63,769 nucleotides of DNA from a bacterium (GCA_037138855.1 JBAXHO010000002.1:1-63769), one strand, 5' to 3'. Positions 37,924-46,775 are shown, counted from the stretch's first letter. Numbers and translations: made by a program. The notes: generated from the letters alone by a model not told the origin.

Positions 37924-38307
37924 TTAATTAGCTACATTCTCAATTGGGTCTTGAAGCAAAAAATCACAGATATTTTTTTGTACTTGAATCGGTAAAACAT
38001 CATAAAATCGCCGTTCATTTGTATTGACCAGAAAAGTAACTTTTTCTGAAATACTTTGATATTTTAAATAATCATTAACATCAAAATCATTTTTATACTT
38101 TACTTCATAATAGCTTTTATGATCTTTAAAATAAAAATCAATTTCCTGATCTTCAATAAAGGCATAATAAATCTGGGAATATTCTTTATAAATTGATAAT
38201 CTTCGTAACTGAAGATACACAGCATTCTCTGCTAAAATCCCAATTTTGATATTATTTGACTTGATACTAAGCACGCCAGTATCATTGAAATAATATTTAG
38301 GTTGCAA
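37924..38307 (-). pseudogene. 3' remnant of a second DUF4143-family ATPase gene
   Basis: The 127-aa ORF aligns only to the C-terminal third of 36645-37823 (YYFNDTGV..ENAVYLQL..EIDFYF..YEVKY versus VYFIDNGI..ENAIASQL..EIDFIV..IEAKE). No Walker motifs. Confidence 0.5.
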
Positions 38308-38312
38308 TGATA

Positions 38313-38546
38313 TTAATCGATATTTATTTCCAAAATTTTAACTTTTGTATGTGCCCCACTTTTAATGCGAACTGTGCCCTGCATTACTCTGAAGTATTCA
38401 GCAGCAAGCCGAACAACAGAGAGGTTGGCTGCCCCTTTACTGGCAATAGCCTTCACTTTCGCCAGATAGCAATTTGGTCCAGATACATTATCTATCATAA
38501 AAGAATTCTCTTTTGCTCTCGTTTTAACTTTAACCTTGATGATCAT
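38313..38546 (-). CDS. DUF167 (YggU-like) protein
   Basis: 77 aa. KVKTRAKENS...ASKGAANLSVVRLAAEYF...RIKSGAHTKVKILEI matches the DUF167 pattern. Confidence 0.7.
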   Translation of the reverse strand: MIIKVKVKTRAKENSFMIDNVSGPNCYLAKVKAIASKGAANLSVVRLAAEYFRVMQGTVRIKSGAHTKVKILEINID

Positions 38547-38868
38547 TTTGTAAAGCAGCTAATTTCTCCAGCTTTCCCTGGTAACGTTTGAACGTATAAT
38601 TCATAGCTGCTACTAGATCAATATCTAGCTGGTTTGCCAACTCACAAACTGTAAAAAGTACATCGCCAAATTCTTCCTGGAGATCTGCATGATCTGCAAG
38701 AGCGGATTCACCGCTACCGGATTTACGATCTCCTAAATGAACTGTCAAGGCCTCACCAAGCTCTGCTACTTCTTCAACAAGGTGGACATACTGTACATAG
38801 TTTGACCAGTTAAATTTAAATTTCATTGCCACTTCGTGGACATCTTTTTGGAGTTGAGGGAGGTTCAT
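38530..38868 (-). CDS. MazG-like nucleotide pyrophosphohydrolase
   Basis: EEVAELGEA and EEFGDVLFTVCELANQLDIDL (ExxE...ExxD metal motifs). Confidence 0.8.
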   Translation of the reverse strand: MNLPQLQKDVHEVAMKFKFNWSNYVQYVHLVEEVAELGEALTVHLGDRKSGSGESALADHADLQEEFGDVLFTVCELANQLDIDLVAAMNYTFKRYQGKLEKLAALQNDHQG

Positions 38869-38910
38869 AGATAAATAGATAAAAAATAAAAATTAAAAGT
38901 TAGAAGTTAA

Positions 38911-38938
38911 GTATAATGTATCAAGTATCAGGTATAAA
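38911..38938 (-). repeat. GATAC-heptamer array, reverse orientation (4 units)
   Basis: GTATAAT GTATCAA GTATCAG GTATAAA. Lies 43 nt upstream of the minus-strand MazG-like start, so it is sense to that gene. Confidence 0.8.
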
Positions 38939-39244
38939 GTAGAGAATTGGTAGTTAGTAGCTGGTAGCTACAAAAATTAAAAAATATTAGTAAGTAAATT
39001 TGTACTTTCTGGATTGTAGCATGTGGTAATTATTTTTAAAACCTGACTAAATTCAACTTAGAATTTTTCCGAAAACACGTTACAATATCAAGCAAATTTT
39101 AGACTTAATCAAAAGAATTGATAAATTCCAGATTAGGGAAAAATTAAAAAAGACAGCTAAAAGCTGTTAAAAGTGAGTTATGCTTTGGCGGCAATTCTGT
39201 TATGATTATTTTTTAATAAGCTCCAATTAATCTTGTAAATAATT

Positions 39245-40999
39245 TTGGTAATGCAGCAAAATACCATACTTCAAGGTGTAAAAAATTTGACTAAAAAAAT
39301 AAAGAAATGGCATTTAATAATGCTTTTTGGGTTAATTATTATAATGTTTGTAAACGGCACACCATTCTACTTTGGTGATGCTTATGGCTACTATCATCCA
39401 GCTAAAACTTTGGCGACACAAAACTCTCTGATAAGTGATACCATTCCTGAATACAAACCATATGCAGGGCATGGCGTGGTGATTCGTCAGGATGGCCAAG
39501 CAGCCAGTTTTTATCCACCTGGTACAGCTATTCTCTGGTATCCCTTTCTCAAAGTAGCCAGTTTTTTTGACTCCGGGACAATTTATACCAATTATTTTAA
39601 AGCATTCAATGGTCACTCTTTGGCTGATGGGCTGGCAGTACTCGCTGCATCCACGTTCTATACTTATGCTGCAATTCTACTTTTAGAAAAATTATTACGC
39701 CAAAAAGGATTTTCTTTAAAAGTTTCTTTAATCGCCATTAGCAGTGCCTACTTTGTCACCTTTGCCTTTAGTTATGTCACAGAACAACCGGGTTATGCTC
39801 ATCCCTATGAAATTTTTGCCTTCACGCTATTTTTATTCTTGCTGGAAAAATTTCGCAAGACATTATCCAATAAGGTGGCAATTGGAGTCGGTTTCGCAGC
39901 TGCCATGCTTGTCACCATCCGCAGCGTCGATTTTGTGCTATTTCTCCCGATGCTGATTGTCATGCTGAAATATTGGAAAAAAGCACCCTGGTTTATTCTC
40001 GGTACGCTGCCATTTATCGGATTTCTTTTTTACTATAATTATCAAAGTTATGGCAATATTTTGGCCACCGGTTACCAGGCACTAGGTGGGCAGAACTTCA
40101 ATTTCCGACAATTCAAGTTATTCCAGTTATTATTCTCAGATTTTCGTGGTCTTTTCATCTGGTCACCAGCAGTTTTACTTGCGTTATTTGCAATCTGGAA
40201 GAAAAGCCGTACCAGCTGGAATATCTGTATTTATGCACTGCCACCTTTATTTTTAATTTTAATCTATTGTTTCTGGCCAGTCTGGTGGGCTGGTGATAGT
40301 ATCGGGGCGCGATTTTTTATTGTTCTTTTACCAATCGTTGCTTATGGTTTAGCGTTACTTTTTCAAAATTACCAGACTCAAAAAAACAAATGGCTACTCG
40401 TCATAGTAATTGCAACGATTAGCTATTCTATGTTGCTCGGGCTATTACAACGTTTTTCACCAACGAATCGCTTGAGCGCTTCTGATTCCCCAAAAGCGCT
40501 CCATTTCAAATCAGAAAATATTGATCCTCAGGATCTCGCTTCTCCCCTGGATATGCTGCGCTACCAGAAAACATTAATTACCAACGCTCAATCACTTTCT
40601 GACTACTACCAGCAGTTACAAAAAGGTTTTAACGGTGGCCGCAGTTTACTATTGATTTCTTTAGGAATGACTAATCCTTTAGCCATAGCGAAGGTTGAAA
40701 ATATTGATAAAATTGAATTAAATTATTTAGCCAATCCCGGCAGTAAAAAATCATCAGGCAATTTGGATTTATATTTTCAAAATAAAGATTATTATTTAGA
40801 GTTTGCCAATGTCGATTTTTCTCAAAACCATTCTTATCTAATAGATTGCAGTAGCGAGTTTTGTCAAACAATACCAACTGCCAATATTATCCATGTGAAT
40901 AAAATGATTGAACCAGACCAATATCAGGAAGTGACAGGTCATATCAAGATTTATTTGGAAGGAGAAGAAAAAATCAGGATTGCTAATGATAAGCTGTAG
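39245..40999 (+). CDS. polytopic membrane protein, probable GT-C fold glycosyltransferase (GT39/ArnT-like)
   Basis: About 12 TM helices followed by a ~190-aa soluble C-terminal domain. The family call is from topology only. ATG at 39251 is the likelier start. Confidence 0.4.
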   Translation: MVMQQNTILQGVKNLTKKIKKWHLIMLFGLIIIMFVNGTPFYFGDAYGYYHPAKTLATQNSLISDTIPEYKPYAGHGVVIRQDGQAASFYPPGTAILWYPFLKVASFFDSGTIYTNYFKAFNGHSLADGLAVLAASTFYTYAAILLLEKLLRQKGFSLKVSLIAISSAYFVTFAFSYVTEQPGYAHPYEIFAFTLFLFLLEKFRKTLSNKVAIGVGFAAAMLVTIRSVDFVLFLPMLIVMLKYWKKAPWFILGTLPFIGFLFYYNYQSYGNILATGYQALGGQNFNFRQFKLFQLLFSDFRGLFIWSPAVLLALFAIWKKSRTSWNICIYALPPLFLILIYCFWPVWWAGDSIGARFFIVLLPIVAYGLALLFQNYQTQKNKWLLVIVIATISYSMLLGLLQRFSPTNRLSASDSPKALHFKSENIDPQDLASPLDMLRYQKTLITNAQSLSDYYQQLQKGFNGGRSLLLISLGMTNPLAIAKVENIDKIELNYLANPGSKKSSGNLDLYFQNKDYYLEFANVDFSQNHSYLIDCSSEFCQTIPTANIIHVNKMIEPDQYQEVTGHIKIYLEGEEKIRIANDKL

Positions 41000-41052
41000 A
41001 ATCGAATCTCGAATCTCGAATCTCGAATCTCGAATCTCGAATCTCGAATCTC
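40999..41052 (+). repeat. GAATCTC-heptamer array (7 perfect units plus a partial)
   Basis: GAATC then (GAATCTC)x7 at 41004-41052. Begins at the last base of the TAG stop of the preceding gene. Confidence 0.95.
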
Positions 41053-41195
41053 GAAAAAAAATTATAGTTACAGGAAAAGTTATATCAAATTTACTTCCGA
41101 AATTCGAAATGCGAGTTTCGAAATTCGATTTTCCATTTTCTGTTTTCCGATCTTTTATATTATAATCAAAAAGTTACAACGTAATATTTCTTTTC

Positions 41196-41279
41196 GCTGA
41201 TGTGGTGAAATTGGTATACACGCTACGTTCAGGTCGTAGTGGGGGAAACCCTGTGAGAGTTCAACTCTCTCCATCAGCA
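41196..41279 (+). tRNA. tRNA-Leu (CAG)
   Basis: GCTGATG acceptor, anticodon stem CTACG/CGTAG with loop TTCAGGT, long variable arm TGGGGGAAACCCTGT, T-arm GAGAGTTCAACTCTCTC. Confidence 0.9.
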
Positions 41280-41288
41280 TTTAGTAAA

Positions 41289-41316
41289 GTATCATGTATC
41301 AAGTATCATGTATCAA
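41289..41316 (-). repeat. GATAC-heptamer array, reverse orientation (4 units)
   Basis: GTATCAT GTATCAA GTATCAT GTATCAA, between tRNA-Leu and tRNA-Pro. Confidence 0.9.
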
Positions 41317-41402
41317 GTAGAGAAAATTCAGTTAAGCTAAATCGCATTTCCTCATAGTTTCTTACCCGAAATGCCAAATACGAACTGCGAAATGCGTACT
41401 CA

Positions 41403-41475
41403 CGGGATATAGTTCAATTGGTAGAATGTACGTTTCGGGTACGTATGGTTCCCGGTTCGAGTCCGGGTATCCCGA
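41403..41475 (+). tRNA. tRNA-Pro (CGG)
   Basis: CGGGATA acceptor, anticodon stem TACGT/ACGTA with loop TTCGGGT, T-arm CCCGGTTCGAGTCCGGG. Confidence 0.9.
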
Positions 41476-41675
41476 TTTTTGAAAACAAAACTCCAGAAAG
41501 TATTGATAAATCATCGTTATCACGATGTGCACTAGATGTTACATCAAAATTCCCTCAAATTAATTATCACTCGGAAACCCTATTGCATGGGGCTTTCTTA
41601 TATGTAATTTTCGTTCAAGTCTCGTCGCCCCTACTTTGTTATTATTCTTCTATTAACTTATTAAGATTAATAAAA

Positions 41676-41966
41676 ATGGATAGAGACAAAGTTGAGAGAT
41701 ATTTGAAGAATTATAAATGTTTCGACGATAATCAATCTGAAGAAAAGATTATGGAATGGCTTAAAACTAAAATTTCAGAAGGCAAGTATCCAAATTTAAA
41801 GAATTATACTCAAGAACAACTTGAAAAGTATGTCAGATTTATTAAGCCATATATTAATATACAGTTAAGAACGGCAAATAATATTGTTAAAGGGAGGATA
41901 TCAGAAAAGTTATTAAATGATTTGAAAGAATCAGTTCTTAGGGTTAAATCAAAACAAAAGAATTAA
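41676..41966 (+). CDS. hypothetical protein (96 aa)
   Basis: ATG at 41676 (MDRDKVERYL...). The track ORF start at 41418 lies inside tRNA-Pro and is not credible. Confidence 0.35.
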   Translation: MDRDKVERYLKNYKCFDDNQSEEKIMEWLKTKISEGKYPNLKNYTQEQLEKYVRFIKPYINIQLRTANNIVKGRISEKLLNDLKESVLRVKSKQKN

Positions 41967-42045
41967 ACCTGTATGTATAATATGAATCGCTTCGCAAAAG
42001 TTAATTATGATGTTAATATTATGTTTAAAGTTAAACATTAAAAAT

Positions 42046-42813
42046 ATGAATAGAAATTATAAAACAATATTAATTACAGGTGCATCTTCTGGATTTGGAA
42101 AAGCAACGGCAGAAGTCCTTGCAAAAGAGGGTTACAAATTGATTCTAATTGCTAGAAGAATAGAGAACCTAAAGAAAATCAAATCTAAGCTTGGATCAAA
42201 TTGCCTTGTCTATAATGTTGATGTAACTGATAAAAATGCAGTAACAAACTTATTTACAAACTTTCCTGATGATTTCAAGGATATCGATATACTTATTAAT
42301 AATGCGGGTTTAGCTGCTGGGCTCGATTTAGCACAGGATTCCTCTTTAGAGGACTGGGAGGCTATGATTAATACAAATAATTTAGGTCTCGTTTACTGTA
42401 CACATTTTGCATTACAAGTTATGAAGATAAGGAATTCAGGTTTAATTATTAATATTGGTTCTGTAGCTGCAAGTGCACCGTATCCCAAAGGAAATGTATA
42501 TGGAGCAACAAAGGCATTTGTTAGACAGTTTTCTCGAAATCTACGAGCCGATTTAATTGGAACTAATATTAAAGTTTCAAATATTGAACCAGGTATGGCA
42601 GAGACTGAATTTTCAATTGTTAGATTCAAAGGTGATATAGAGAAGGCAAATAAGTTATACGAAAATACAAGGTTTCTAAAAGCAGAGGATATTGCAAACA
42701 CAATCAAATGGATAATTGATCAGCCGGAGAATGTTAACATTGATAATATTGAAATAATGCCTATCGACCAAACATTTGGAGGATTAGTAATACATAGAAC
42801 TAATCCTAAATAG
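42046..42813 (+). CDS. short-chain dehydrogenase/reductase (YdfG-like)
   Basis: TGASSGFGKA cofactor motif, NNAG, catalytic YGATKAF. Confidence 0.88.
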   Translation: MNRNYKTILITGASSGFGKATAEVLAKEGYKLILIARRIENLKKIKSKLGSNCLVYNVDVTDKNAVTNLFTNFPDDFKDIDILINNAGLAAGLDLAQDSSLEDWEAMINTNNLGLVYCTHFALQVMKIRNSGLIINIGSVAASAPYPKGNVYGATKAFVRQFSRNLRADLIGTNIKVSNIEPGMAETEFSIVRFKGDIEKANKLYENTRFLKAEDIANTIKWIIDQPENVNIDNIEIMPIDQTFGGLVIHRTNPK

Positions 42814-43011
42814 TTAGTGGACATAATTCTGATATAAATTTCCACTTAGTTTCAAGTTCGGAAATATGTTCCCAAACTATCTCAAATAACTTACCAATCC
42901 GTTCGTAACTAATCTCGTCGCCCCAAAAAAGACAAATCCGGTTCTCCCGACTAGACAGTCTGGATTATCTGAGAGTAAACTGTTAATGAATTAAATTTAC
43001 CAATAACTATT

Positions 43012-43365
43012 ATGAATTTCAAAACAAGTGACGATTATATGATTTTGGTATATGTTACCTGTGATTCTGTCGAACAGGCAGAAAGCATTGGTAAGGAAAT
43101 TATGAAAAAGCATTTATGTGCATGTGTAAATATCTTCAAGGAAATGCAGTCGATGTTTTTTTGGCCACCGAAATCTGAAAAAATTGATAAAAGCAAAGAA
43201 GTCGTTTTGATTCTTAAAAGTTTAAAATCAAAGTTTCCAGAAATTGAAGCAGAAATAACAAAACTGCACTCCTATGATGTGCCATGTATACTTGCCTTGC
43301 CAGTAGTTTCCGTTTCAGATAAATATTTGGCTTGGATAAAAGGGGAAATGGCAGTTTCGGATTAA
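43012..43365 (+). CDS. cutA: divalent-cation tolerance protein CutA
   Basis: CACVNI, FFWPPKSEK and HSYDVPCILALPV motifs. 117 aa. Confidence 0.85.
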   Translation: MNFKTSDDYMILVYVTCDSVEQAESIGKEIMKKHLCACVNIFKEMQSMFFWPPKSEKIDKSKEVVLILKSLKSKFPEIEAEITKLHSYDVPCILALPVVSVSDKYLAWIKGEMAVSD

Positions 43366-43530
43366 GGAATTATAATTATCCAAAGAATTTAAATGCTTTA
43401 CAATTAAAAATATTACTAAATAGGTAACTCTCAGCTGAAGAGTCCCCGGTATCCCCCCAAAAGCTCATCAGGATAATTGCCACTTATTTCAATATTCTTC
43501 TTCTCAAATTAGAACTCAAGTAATTAGAGA

Positions 43531-44172
43531 TTAAAAAAGTGTCCATAACAAAAGTGCTGCTAATGTATATGCTCCTAAATGAATTATATAGTTGTATATA
43601 GAACCATTTTTCACTTTTAAAATCAGATATGGGAATACAACCGAGAAGATTAACGCAACAAGCGTATAGCCAAGACCAACAAGTAGATTTGTTTTAAAAA
43701 TTTGAAAAATATGAATAATCCCAAAACCGAAAATAAAAATTGTGGTGATCGATTTAGCTTTTAGTTTAAGTTCCGCAAGTCTTGTAACCAATAATGTAAT
43801 CAATAATTGCTGAACAAAGACGTCAATTGGTTTAGCCCAAATGAAATAATTGTTTAGTAAAAGAAAAGATGATCCTGTCGTACTAAAAGGCCAAAGAGGT
43901 CTTTTGATATAAAACAGGATAAGATAGGAGGCTGTGAAATGAATAGTTAATGATAGCAACAAAAATAATAGCCAGGTTTTATCAAGTTTTTGGTAAATTT
44001 GCATAAATGTATGACTAAAACAAAGAATAATTATCAATGCCACTAAACTTAAAAATATTATGTTTAGTATGTAATTATCCATTGTAATTATTTGGCTCGA
44101 TGTTAATGAAATAATACCAAAAACACTGGCAAATATTACCGTTGTAAATATTACTTTATATTTCATATTCAT
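43531..44172 (-). CDS. polytopic membrane protein, unknown function
   Basis: 213 aa with about 6-7 hydrophobic helices. No motif recognised. Confidence 0.5.
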   Translation of the reverse strand: MNMKYKVIFTTVIFASVFGIISLTSSQIITMDNYILNIIFLSLVALIIILCFSHTFMQIYQKLDKTWLLFLLLSLTIHFTASYLILFYIKRPLWPFSTTGSSFLLLNNYFIWAKPIDVFVQQLLITLLVTRLAELKLKAKSITTIFIFGFGIIHIFQIFKTNLLVGLGYTLVALIFSVVFPYLILKVKNGSIYNYIIHLGAYTLAALLLWTLF

Positions 44173-44370
44173 TAAATTAAAACATAATCTAGTTATTCTA
44201 CACCCTTTTATCCAAAAAGAAACACGAGAAGCCTTCTACAATTTGGATTATTTATAATATTTTTGGGATTTAAGATTAAAGCAATTGTTCATCAATAATC
44301 ATTTAATTTATAGTAGAATTAAAAGATTAAAAAGCCAATTTATTATTTTGCAAAAAATTTATATCAAAAC

Positions 44371-44913
44371 ATGCATAAAAAATTATTAATTGTAATTATA
44401 ATGTTATTTTCAATTACAACATTCTTATTTGTAGTTTTAATCTGGACAGGAATTCTCGGTTTCCAGACTCCATGTGGCTGGAAAAATGGTCATTTATTAT
44501 TGACTCCAACCAAAGAACTAACATGCCATTGCCTGGGATTAACTGATATTCTTTCTACTTCATACAATGACAGATCTTTCTGCACTGGTATTAATATTTC
44601 ATACAACAAATTAAGCACATTTCATAATAATGAAAGCGGGATCATCTATTCCAAGGAAACAAAATATACATTGTCTGTAAATATTAAGTCTGCACCCCTA
44701 GGAAACAATTTATCCAATATTCAAATCGGACTTTATAACGAAAAAAATAAGCTACTTTCCAGTACTACCAGCGACAGTAATGGAATCGCCAGTTTTTATC
44801 TTCCCACCGGGACATATATTCTCAAACCTGTTTCCGGATATAGCGGAATACAGACAGTAACAGTTAGTGAAAACCTACAAACTAAATTAGAGGTTCTCCC
44901 AATATTGAACTAA
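44371..44913 (+). CDS. membrane-anchored hypothetical protein
   Basis: N-terminal TM helix. The C-terminal SDSNGIASFYLPTGTYILKP resembles carboxypeptidase-regulatory-like beta-sandwich repeats (weak). Confidence 0.4.
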   Translation: MHKKLLIVIIMLFSITTFLFVVLIWTGILGFQTPCGWKNGHLLLTPTKELTCHCLGLTDILSTSYNDRSFCTGINISYNKLSTFHNNESGIIYSKETKYTLSVNIKSAPLGNNLSNIQIGLYNEKNKLLSSTTSDSNGIASFYLPTGTYILKPVSGYSGIQTVTVSENLQTKLEVLPILN

Positions 44914-44934
44914 AATTTTTTATTTAATTAAATC

Positions 44935-45306
44935 ATGCGCACAAAAGTTGAATTCACTTATACTGCTCCAGATTTCTGGGAGAAAGTTTCCAAATGGGAA
45001 AGCAATACAGGTTGGAATTTAGAGCAAAAAGCAGCAAACTCCCGACTTTATCAGAAAAAATTTTTATTATCCGGTCCCAAATCAAAGATTCAAATTGATC
45101 ATCAAGACGGCAAAGTAACTGTTGCTGCTTGGTTAGAATCAAATAAAATCATCCGCTTACTAGGATTAGCATCAGGATCAGAAGTTGGAGTAGATACAGC
45201 CAATAAATCACTAATTGATAATTTTGTTGGTGTTTTGCCTAAAATGAATACAAGGTCTGCCCTGAATACTCTACTTGAGAAGTTTAATCAAGAGCAGATT
45301 AGATAA
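44935..45306 (+). CDS. hypothetical protein
   Basis: 123-aa ORF, 21 nt after the previous gene. No motif recognised. Confidence 0.4.
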   Translation: MRTKVEFTYTAPDFWEKVSKWESNTGWNLEQKAANSRLYQKKFLLSGPKSKIQIDHQDGKVTVAAWLESNKIIRLLGLASGSEVGVDTANKSLIDNFVGVLPKMNTRSALNTLLEKFNQEQIR

Positions 45307-45331
45307 ACTGAATTAAAGAAAAAAGAAAAAG

Positions 45332-45352
45332 TTTTTGTTCACTACATTTTCT
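45332..45352 (+). repeat. 21-nt perfect direct repeat TTTTTGTTCACTACATTTTCT, left copy
   Basis: Identical 21-mer at 46378-46398. A 13-nt reverse match is near 57036-57048. Confidence 0.85.
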
Positions 45353-45363
45353 TTTTTTCTTTC

Positions 45364-45384
45364 TTGATACTTGATACTTGATAC
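45364..45384 (+). repeat. GATAC-heptamer array (3 units)
   Basis: (TTGATAC)x3 between convergent genes. Confidence 0.9.
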
Positions 45385-45393
45385 CTGCAATGC

Positions 45394-46182
45394 TCAAGCC
45401 CCATTATATTCACCAGGATAAAACTTAACAATTAATTCATAACTTTGAGGAAAATCCGGATCTTTCAAGCTGATCGTTTCTGTTAATATTACATCACCCG
45501 CCCTGGATTCCACTAACCTTAAAGTAGTTTCATCTTCCCAAATAATTTGACTAATATTGACATCACTAGTAATTGTCTTAGTATACCCTCCTTGCCACAC
45601 AATATCCTCCTCATTTTTATACTCCGGTGAAATTTTCCCAAATTCAATAAAATATTCATTTCCAATTGCTCTCCCGGGAAAGACATTTTGACTTACAATT
45701 ACAGCAAATTGTTGATTGGGTGATTTCGAAATAATTAGATCAGATCCTTTAATTTCAATAAAATTGACTGTCAAACCATCAACTTGTACCGACTTTGGTG
45801 GTCTACTGGAGAAATCATATTGATCAAAACCAAAATAATAATAAATATTTACTTTTTGCTCCGCTTCCAACCAGTCCACATTTTCAGCGATCACCTCAAT
45901 ATGGCCATAAAACAAAAACTCTTTTGAATTGTGCTTATTTTTATCAATCAAATAAAATGAACTATGATCATTATCATCAAGCGGAGTAATTTGTGTTTCA
46001 ATCTTAAGCTGATAACGACCAGAATTTGATGCAATCACTTCTGAATCATAATTATTGAAAACACTAGCAAAAAATAAAGTTATTACTCCACAACAAAAAA
46101 GCAACCCACATAATAAAATTGTGCCGATCAAGAAAAGCAACATGAGAATCTGCTTAACTTTTTTTTGTTTGCTCTGCATCAA
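45394..46182 (-). CDS. membrane-anchored hypothetical protein
   Basis: 262 aa with an N-terminal TM helix (ILMLLFLIGTILLCGLLFCCGVITLFF). No motif recognised. Confidence 0.45.
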   Translation of the reverse strand: MMQSKQKKVKQILMLLFLIGTILLCGLLFCCGVITLFFASVFNNYDSEVIASNSGRYQLKIETQITPLDDNDHSSFYLIDKNKHNSKEFLFYGHIEVIAENVDWLEAEQKVNIYYYFGFDQYDFSSRPPKSVQVDGLTVNFIEIKGSDLIISKSPNQQFAVIVSQNVFPGRAIGNEYFIEFGKISPEYKNEEDIVWQGGYTKTITSDVNISQIIWEDETTLRLVESRAGDVILTETISLKDPDFPQSYELIVKFYPGEYNGA

Positions 46183-46286
46183 TAATTTTAAAATATTTAT
46201 GAATATTTTTTTTCCTTAACACATCTAATCAATAAACGCCCAAGGCTAGAAGGCATTACAAAGCCAGAATTGTTAAAAAGTACTCA

Positions 46287-46328
46287 TTGGAGACGACGAC
46301 GTCTCCCCTATAGGATGTTCAACCAATC
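46287..46328 (+). repeat. 42-nt hairpin-containing repeat TTGGAGACGACGACGTCTCCCCTATAGGATGTTCAACCAATC
   Basis: Stem GGAGACG/CGTCTCC. Second copy at 59782-59823 with 2 substitutions. Both lie upstream of a GGGTTGCAG palindrome. Confidence 0.85.
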
Positions 46329-46377
46329 AACTACAATAATTTCCTGTTTTCTTTATTTTCATTAAACAAAACAAAAT

Positions 46378-46398
46378 TTTTTGTTCACTACATTTTCT
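46378..46398 (+). repeat. 21-nt perfect direct repeat, right copy
   Basis: Identical to 45332-45352. Confidence 0.85.
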
Positions 46399-46414
46399 AC
46401 TTGCTACCCAGCAC

Positions 46415-46434
46415 GGGTTGCAGATCTGCAACCC
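46415..46434. repeat. perfect 20-nt palindrome GGGTTGCAGATCTGCAACCC
   Basis: With the flanks TTGCTACCCAGCAC...CTCC, this makes a 38-nt string identical to 59843-59880. Lies 5 nt 3' of the GIY-YIG stop. Confidence 0.9.
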
Positions 46435-46439
46435 CTCCA

Positions 46440-46691
46440 TCATGATACTCCCCCCAATCCAAGCCTCGCGATCTTTTCCGTCCTGCTCCAGCTTTTTACC
46501 TCAAGTTCACGTTTCAGGGCAGTAGATTTGTCACTCTGCTCTTCCTGATAAATTAATTTCACCGGCAACCGGGAACGCACATATTTGGAGCCTTTGCCAC
46601 TTTGATGCACTGCCAGCCGGTTCTTAATATCGTCAGTGATTCCTGTGTAAAGAGAGTTATCAGCACAGAGTAAGAGATAAAGGTAGTACAT
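46440..46691 (-). CDS. GIY-YIG nuclease-family protein (UPF0213-like)
   Basis: YYLYLLLCADNSLYTGITDDIKNRLAVHQSG..GSKYV...ALKRELEVKSW. ATG at 46691; the track start at 46718 lies in the heptamer array. Confidence 0.85.
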   Translation of the reverse strand: MYYLYLLLCADNSLYTGITDDIKNRLAVHQSGKGSKYVRSRLPVKLIYQEEQSDKSTALKRELEVKSWSRTEKIARLGLGGVS

Positions 46692-46710
46692 TGTTTTAAA
46701 TATGTAAAAA

Positions 46711-46770
46711 TGTATCATGTATCATGTATCATGTATCATGTATCATGTATCATGTATCATGTATCATGTA
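46711..46770 (-). repeat. GATAC-heptamer array, reverse orientation (8 perfect units)
   Basis: (TGTATCA)x8 plus TGTA. Lies between the promoter at 46776-46803 and the GIY-YIG start, so it is predicted to be transcribed as (UGAUACA)8. Confidence 0.95.
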
Positions 46771-46775
46771 AAAAA

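Noticed and set aside
40980-41165. Track ORF encoding SRISNLESRISNLESR
   Set aside because: It is a translation of the GAATCTC heptamer array. The same applies to 46710-46892 (MYHVSCIMYHVSC, from the TGTATCA array), 50276-50464, 23403-23585 and 61379-61567, which read through repeats or palindromes.
41418-41675. N-terminal 86 codons of track ORF 41418-41966
   Set aside because: The ORF starts inside tRNA-Pro (41403-41475) and crosses a non-coding stretch. Only the part from ATG 41676 is kept, at low confidence.
41617-42925. 12-nt repeat TCTCGTCGCCCC (about 41619-41630 and 42914-42925) as att-like or tRNA-3'-end fragments
   Set aside because: Exact 12-mers recur by chance many times in 64 kb. 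Only the first copy has a T-loop-like TTCAAGT context, and no matching tRNA is in the window.
41476-46182. Prophage or integrative element in the accessory-looking block after the tRNA pair
   Set aside because: No integrase, recombinase, phage structural or conjugation genes are present. The genes are small hypotheticals plus SDR and CutA. Only the weak tRNA-end similarity is reported, as a low-interest finding.
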